From an uncultured delta proteobacterium (GTDB taxonomy: Bacteria > Myxococcota_A > Polyangia > Palsa-1104), in NCBI GenBank assembly GCA_963785725.1, contig CAWAWS010000020.1:128001-192000 (forward strand): DNA of 64,000 bases, read 5' to 3'. Shown here in pieces: positions 58,868 through 64,000 of the stretch. The notes below the pieces were generated by a model. It saw nothing but the letters and a program-made list of their open reading frames with translations, did not search any database and was not told where the DNA came from. Position 1 is the stretch's first letter; each line of letters starts with the position of its first letter. Both the position numbers and the translations under genes were made by a program.

Positions 58868-61081
58868 TTAATCGGCGACGCAGAGCGGGCGGCCGTTGGC
58901 GCCGACGCCGCAATAGTCATCGACGCGCGGGCACGAGCCCTCGCTGCAATAGCCGCCGCAACCATTGCCTTGGCCGCAGCGTGCGTTGTTCGGGCAGTTG
59001 GGCGTGCACGTGCACGAGACGCAATTGAAGACGCCGCCGCAGCCGTTGGCCTGCGGGCCGCACTTGCCGGCGCAGCTCGTCTGCGGAATGCACACGCACT
59101 GATTGTTCTCGCAGGCGTAGGTGCTGGTGCCGGTGGTCGGGCAGTTGCCGCAGCTCAGCGTGCCACCGCAGCCGTCGCTGATGCTGCCGCAGCTGGCGCC
59201 GCGCTGCGCGCAGGTCGCGGGAACGCAGCAGTCGTCGATGCAATTATGCTCGCCGGTGACGCAAGCCGAGGGCAGCTGCGTGCCGTCGGCCAAGCATTCC
59301 TGCTCCTCGCTGGCGCAGCTCTGTCGACACGTGGACGTGGTGACGCAGCTATGCACGTCGTCATCGCAGACGTGCAAGCCGTCGCAGGTGCCACACGAGA
59401 GGGTGCCGCCGCAGCCATCGGGAACGAGGCCGCAGGTCGCGCCGATGCTGGCGCAGGTGGCCGGCGTGCAGCAGGCATCGGTCACGCCGGCGCCGGCCGA
59501 CGGCGAGCCCGACACCACCGCCCCGGTCGAGCTCACGAATTGGGCGGTGACACGGTAGATCCACGTGTTGACCGGTCCGGCCTCGCACAGCGTGTAGGCG
59601 GTGTTGTCGGTGAAAAGCACCGAAGGGGTCGGCTTGTCGTCGTCGGTCGTCGCCAGCGTCGTCCAAGCTCCCGTGGGACTATCGGTGCGCTCGATGAGAT
59701 AGCGGTCGGCGCCGGCAACGCCGCGCCAGCTCATCTGGTTGGTCATCGCGCTGCCGCTGCCGCTCGGCTGCACCGTGAGGGCCTGCGGCATGTCCGGCGA
59801 GCCCGTGCGCCCATCGTCCAACTCCGGAAGGCCCGCGATCAGATTGGCGATCGTCCTGACCACGGTGAAGACGGTCACTTCGGTCGGCATCTGGAAGTAG
59901 GGCGTGAAGCTGGCGGCGGGGAAGCCGGGATAGTGATACGAGCAGGAGTTCGGCGACGAGTGGTCGCATAGGAACTTGAAGCCGCCGTCGCGACTGTGAC
60001 CGCGCAGCGCCCACACCATGGCGCCGGCGGTGCCGTCTTGATAGGCCTCTTGGAGGCAGCTCACCAAATCCGGCTCTTCGCCGCCTCCATTGGTGCCGAT
60101 CTCGCCGGCGATGAACGGCTTCTGGTCGAACGCCTGGGCGCGGTCTGCAGCGACCTTGCTCGCCGACAGCTCCGACCCTTGGACGTAGAAGTGGTCGCTG
60201 ACGATGTCGATGTTCGACGTCGCCAACAGCGACGAGCTCTTGATGCCGTAGTGACCGTCCATCACCAGATGGTTGGCGTCGAGGCCCTTGATGAAGCCGG
60301 CGATGTCCTCGGTCCACTCGGCGGTGTCCTGGTCGAGCTCGTTGCCGGTCTCCCAGGCGAGGATGGCCGGATCGTCGCTGTAGCGAATGCAGGTGCGCGT
60401 GTTGACCCGGGTGAGCAGAAACGTGATCATCTTCTTGAACTCGTTGCGCACCATCGGGTCGCTCCAGAAGTGATCCGGTCTCTGGCCGCCTTGTGACGCG
60501 GCGTAGATGGGCACGCCGCCGCTCGTGGAGGTCGAGCTCGTCTCGACCAGCGGGATGATGAGACGCACGCCGTAGTGGTTGGCGAGCTCGAGCAGGTGAT
60601 CGATCTGCTGGAACAGCTGCTCGTCGAACTGGATGTTGCCGTTCGCGTCCCAGGTCACGTGCTTGCGCAGCGTGTCGGTGCGCGGATAGGCCGTCTGCGT
60701 CTTGATGACGTACGAGCGGGTGACGCGGCCGCGCAGCTGCGCGATGCTCTTGATGGTGTCTTCGTTCTCGAAGGCGTCGTCGACCGGGTCGCTTTCGGTC
60801 GGGTAGTGCTCGTCGTCGAGGAGCGTGGGCGAGTTGAACGAGAAGAAGCGGAAGGGAGCCTGGCCCTCCATCAACTGGTCGCCGAGGCGCGTGATGTAGG
60901 GGCGCGCGGCGGCCTCGGTGATGCCGACGGGGTTTTGAATCTGGCAGCCGCTGACCGGCGTGATGCGAGCGCTGAGCGAGTCCTGCTCGTGGCCGGTTGG
61001 AGGCTGGGAGAAACAGCCGGCGAGAAGGCCGATCGGCACCAGGGCCGCCAACAGCTGCGAACAAGAGCGCGCGTACGACAT
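58868..61081 (-). CDS. GH5 glycoside hydrolase (mannanase-like) lipoprotein with FN3-like and Cys-rich repeat tail
   Basis: Lipobox LAGC; YSDDPAILAWETGNEL (acid/base); SDHFY; KPFIAGEIG (nucleophile); C-terminal CG..DGCGGTLSCG repeats. Confidence 0.88.
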   Translation of the reverse strand: MSYARSCSQLLAALVPIGLLAGCFSQPPTGHEQDSLSARITPVSGCQIQNPVGITEAAARPYITRLGDQLMEGQAPFRFFSFNSPTLLDDEHYPTESDPVDDAFENEDTIKSIAQLRGRVTRSYVIKTQTAYPRTDTLRKHVTWDANGNIQFDEQLFQQIDHLLELANHYGVRLIIPLVETSSTSTSGGVPIYAASQGGQRPDHFWSDPMVRNEFKKMITFLLTRVNTRTCIRYSDDPAILAWETGNELDQDTAEWTEDIAGFIKGLDANHLVMDGHYGIKSSSLLATSNIDIVSDHFYVQGSELSASKVAADRAQAFDQKPFIAGEIGTNGGGEEPDLVSCLQEAYQDGTAGAMVWALRGHSRDGGFKFLCDHSSPNSCSYHYPGFPAASFTPYFQMPTEVTVFTVVRTIANLIAGLPELDDGRTGSPDMPQALTVQPSGSGSAMTNQMSWRGVAGADRYLIERTDSPTGAWTTLATTDDDKPTPSVLFTDNTAYTLCEAGPVNTWIYRVTAQFVSSTGAVVSGSPSAGAGVTDACCTPATCASIGATCGLVPDGCGGTLSCGTCDGLHVCDDDVHSCVTTSTCRQSCASEEQECLADGTQLPSACVTGEHNCIDDCCVPATCAQRGASCGSISDGCGGTLSCGNCPTTGTSTYACENNQCVCIPQTSCAGKCGPQANGCGGVFNCVSCTCTPNCPNNARCGQGNGCGGYCSEGSCPRVDDYCGVGANGRPLCVAD

Positions 61082-61195
61082 GCCGGCACGGTTATCACGG
61101 GCCAGTCGGGTGGCATGGTGATGCCGGACACCACCATCGCGCGCTCGAGCCGCGCAATCGGACAACCGCCCGCTCGCCCGCGCCGTCACACCGTC

Positions 61196-61972
61196 ATGCG
61201 CGCCAGCCTCTGCCTGCTGCTCGTCGCGACCGCCGCACACGCCGATTCCACGACCGCCGCACCCGCCGACGCGCACGCCGTTGACGACGCTGCGCACGCC
61301 GCCGCCGCCACGACCAATCGACCCGGCGGCGCCGCCGCGGCGCGCGTCCAGCGCTTCGCCGCCGAAGCCGCCGGCGTCGACCGCGCCCGCTCGGGCGCCC
61401 TCGCCCCCGCCTGGCGCGACGTCGAACGCGCCCTGCAGGCCCAATTCCAGCCCGCCGCCGCCGACGTCACGTCGCGCTCGACCGCGCAGCTCCTGCTCGC
61501 ACAATATCGCGCCGGCCTCGGCCGCGACCCGCGCCAGCCCGCGAACCTCGGCGTCTCCGCCTACGATCAGCCCGCCGAATGGCAGCGCAGCGAGGTCGAG
61601 GTCGTCGTCGGCGACGCCGGCCAGCTCGTCGACGCGCGCATCCTCGTCCCGTCGGGCCGCGCCCAGCTCGACCAGCTGGCGCTCGCCGCCGCGCGCGCCG
61701 CCGTCGCCGCCCATCCGCCGCGCGTCACGACGCCGTCGGCGCCCGCCGCCAAGTCGCAGCGGGTGCGCTTTGCCGTCGAGAGCAGCGTCTCCGTCATGCC
61801 CATCGACGCCGCGCCGCTGGCGATGCCGGGCACGACGCAGCCCAACGGCGCCGTCGTCAACTTCACGAAGATGCACTTCGACGAGTCGCGCGCCACCGTC
61901 TCCAAGCCCGACTACATCGGCCACGCGACCGTGCACACGCGCGTCACGCTGCTCGGCGTGCAGTCCGACTGA
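61196..61972 (+). CDS. Secreted protein with TonB C-terminal-like domain
   Basis: Signal peptide (AHA-DS); VEVVVGDAGQLVDARILVPSGRAQLDQLALAA. Confidence 0.7.
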   Translation: MRASLCLLLVATAAHADSTTAAPADAHAVDDAAHAAAATTNRPGGAAAARVQRFAAEAAGVDRARSGALAPAWRDVERALQAQFQPAAADVTSRSTAQLLLAQYRAGLGRDPRQPANLGVSAYDQPAEWQRSEVEVVVGDAGQLVDARILVPSGRAQLDQLALAAARAAVAAHPPRVTTPSAPAAKSQRVRFAVESSVSVMPIDAAPLAMPGTTQPNGAVVNFTKMHFDESRATVSKPDYIGHATVHTRVTLLGVQSD

Positions 61973-62029
61973 GCCGCGCCGCCGCGAATGCGAGCCGCAC
62001 GCAGCCTCCGGGCGTGGTAGACGACCGAC

Positions 62030-62260
62030 ATGAACATTCAGCTGTGCAAGAAGTCGCTCGATCGCCTAGGCGCGCCGGCGCAAGCGATGGTCTCGTCCCT
62101 GCGCGACGACGAGCATGCGATCGTCATCAAAGACTGCCTCGATCGCTGCGGCGGCTGCCAGCAGGGCCTCGTCATCGCCAGCGTCGACGGCATGCCGGTC
62201 TCGACGCGCGACATTCCGACGTTCGTCGCTCAAGTCGCCGAGCTCGCGGCCGACGAATAG
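62030..62260 (+). CDS. DUF1450 (YuzB-like) small Cys protein
   Basis: IQLC...DCLDRCGGC...ASVDG pattern. Confidence 0.7.
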   Translation: MNIQLCKKSLDRLGAPAQAMVSSLRDDEHAIVIKDCLDRCGGCQQGLVIASVDGMPVSTRDIPTFVAQVAELAADE

Positions 62261-62343
62261 CCGCATTGCGGCAAGCGCTGCGCGCGCTCGGGCGACGACG
62301 ATGTTCGCGGCGAACGGTGCCGCAAGTGCTAGACTGAGAGATA

Positions 62344-62598
62344 ATGGAAGACAAGATCAAGCGCATCCGCTGCGGCACCAAGAAGTGCACCGGCTTCATC
62401 GACACCCGCCTCTCGACGACGCCGAAGACCAAAGACGGCAACTGGCAGTTCCATTGCACGGTCTGCAACTTCTGGAGCCTCTTGTCGGAGGGCGGCCAGA
62501 TGACCGCCACGTCCAAAGAAGCGTTCGATCTCGAGCGGCTGCCGACGCGGCTGCGGGTCCCGTATCAAGTCACGCGCAGCCCCGACGGCGGCACGTAA
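62344..62598 (+). CDS. Small zinc-ribbon-like protein
   Basis: CGTKKC...CTVC Cys pairs; GC3-biased codons; purine-rich RBS-like sequence upstream. Confidence 0.65.
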   Translation: MEDKIKRIRCGTKKCTGFIDTRLSTTPKTKDGNWQFHCTVCNFWSLLSEGGQMTATSKEAFDLERLPTRLRVPYQVTRSPDGGT

Positions 62599-62846
62599 CA
62601 GCGACGAGCATCACGCTGGCAGCCGCTGCCTTCCCGGCAATTTGGCGGACGCCACGCAGCGCGCAAGAAACTGGCGCTGGACCTTCCGCCGAGCCTGAGC
62701 GATCATTAGATAGCGTTAGCGTTTTTGTAAGCTACGCTTCTTCTTCCCGGTTCTGTCCGCACGCGACACGCTTCGTGTTCCTGCCACGCTTCGACGAATT
62801 GCCGTTGCCGTCAGCTCGAAGTCCGACATCGAAATGGAGGATTTCA

Positions 62847-63044
62847 ATGGCCAAGGACAAGGATCCGAACGAGCGCGAGGAAGCCGCCACCGAGAGCAGC
62901 GAGAGCCCGGCCGAGAACGAGGCCGCGCCCGCGGACGAGATCGTCCGCACCATCACCGTCGAGGCGCCGCGACCACCGCGCATCGCCAACATCGGTAGTG
63001 GGCTCATCAAGAGCAGCCCGAACAAGATCCGCTACGTAAACTGA
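62847..63044 (+). CDS. Small hypothetical protein (65 aa; acidic N-half, basic C-half)
   Basis: GGAGG RBS at 62836-62840; strong GC3 bias; MAKDKDPNERE...NKIRYVN. Confidence 0.65.
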   Translation: MAKDKDPNEREEAATESSESPAENEAAPADEIVRTITVEAPRPPRIANIGSGLIKSSPNKIRYVN

Positions 63045-63210
63045 AGCGGCGCTCGCCGCTCGATTGACGAGGTCGAAGGTGGCTCGGGACCGCTCGCGTC
63101 GGTCTCGGGCCGCTTTGCGTCCGCTGTCTGCCGCGCGGTGACGATCGCGCGCGGACGCGCTTGGGAGCGCACGCACGTGAATAGGCCGCGGGCAATGTCG
63201 TTGATCATTC

Positions 63211-63624
63211 ATGCCTCGACCGCTCTTACTGCACACATGGCTCGGACGCCCGATGGTCCTCGCGCTTACGACCTTGGCCGGAATGACGCTCGTCGGATTC
63301 ATGCTCTACGCGGCCCTGCGCGTGAATCAGTCGTGCGGCTGCGCAATTCCCCGGCATGGACGTCCGGGGACTCGGATCATCATGCACACCGTGCAAGAGG
63401 CCCTCGTGCACTATCAGGCCGATCACGGCGAGAGCTGCCCACCGTCACTGGACGCGCTCGTCGCCGAGGGCTATCTCACGCAGACACCGCGCGACACCTG
63501 GGGCAATGCGCTCATGTACCGCTGCCGCACGCCGGCGCGCGATCCCTTCCGTATCGCCGAGCTCATCTCGGCCGGTCCCGATGGCCACTTCTATACCAAC
63601 GACGACATCTATGACGACGACTGA
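63211..63624 (+). CDS. Type II secretion GspG-like pseudopilin domain protein
   Basis: ALVHYQADHG..CPPSLDALV..YL...RDTWGNAL.Y...ISAGPDG.FYTNDDI; N-terminal TM. Start 63211 or 63253. Confidence 0.8.
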   Translation: MPRPLLLHTWLGRPMVLALTTLAGMTLVGFMLYAALRVNQSCGCAIPRHGRPGTRIIMHTVQEALVHYQADHGESCPPSLDALVAEGYLTQTPRDTWGNALMYRCRTPARDPFRIAELISAGPDGHFYTNDDIYDDD

Positions 63625-63626
63625 GG

Positions 63627-64000
63627 TCAGTGACTGTTGGTGTCGACGACGACGCTCGGCTTCGGGCGCTTCATGAGCAGGATGAGCCCGCTGGCGAGCA
63701 AGAATGCGATGGCGAGCGACATGAAGTTGCCGTTGAACGCGCGCAACAACGCTTGACCGCTGATGCGCTGCTGCAGAATCGCCAGCGCGGCTTGCGTCGG
63801 ATCGGCGAGCCGCGCGCCCGGCCCGTGCGCCAGCTGCCGCAGCTGATCGGCCGCCTGCGCGCTGAAGGCGTCGACGTGGCTCGTGATGAACGTGAAGTTT
63901 CGCTTGCTGCCGCGATCGAGCATCGTGCTCATCCAGGCCGTGCCGATGGAGGCGCCGAGCTCGCGCGTCAGGTTGAACAGCGCCGTGCCCGCCGGTCGCT
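63627..64000 (-). CDS. DHA2/EmrB-type MFS efflux permease (C-terminal part only)
   Basis: GTALFNLTRELGASIGTAW...QALLRAFNGNF; the 5' end lies outside the window. Confidence 0.85.
   Translation of the reverse strand, partial: RPAGTALFNLTRELGASIGTAWMSTMLDRGSKRNFTFITSHVDAFSAQAADQLRQLAHGPGARLADPTQAALAILQQRISGQALLRAFNGNFMSLAIAFLLASGLILLMKRPKPSVVVDTNSH

Noticed and set aside
61082..61936. N-terminal ~285 aa of the 1022-aa GH5 ORF
   Set aside because: Antisense to the TonB-C gene; the lipoprotein signal starts at the ATG at 61081.
62847..63044. RiPP precursor call for the 65-aa ORF
   Set aside because: No maturase, protease or dedicated transporter is adjacent and no recognised leader motif is present.

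Overview
GC-rich (roughly 70% by eye) bacterial chromosomal segment, most likely from a Myxococcota (Polyangia-like) genome or MAG. The lineage call is an inference from gene content: four Hanks-type Ser/Thr kinase domains, TPR-PEGA proteins, Cys-rich secreted lipoproteins, OmpA with TSP3 repeats, and PilT. About 51 protein-coding genes are supported. They include regulators (MarR, GntR/YtrA, AraC, a PAS hybrid histidine kinase), transporters, HflX, an RNB ribonuclease, an EVE protein and four secreted glycan-active enzymes (GH5, GH26, ricin-alginate lyase family, beta-helix). No rRNA, tRNA, CRISPR array, transposase or integrase was recognised. The most notable items are: (1) three copies of a kinase / TPR-PEGA / lipoprotein cassette, two of whose kinases end in a shared NPY motif and one of which is a probable pseudokinase; (2) a D-[ML]-[STA] motif repeated in the tethers of five unrelated lipoproteins; (3) a phased 20-bp intergenic repeat array at 32.6 kb; (4) a 178-bp TA-flanked MITE-like palindrome; (5) a DUF481-OmpA-EF-hand envelope operon; (6) three +1 frameshifts that all map to merged CTG/TTG Leu codons and are probably assembly artefacts. 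All family assignments come from motif recognition by eye; no database search was run.
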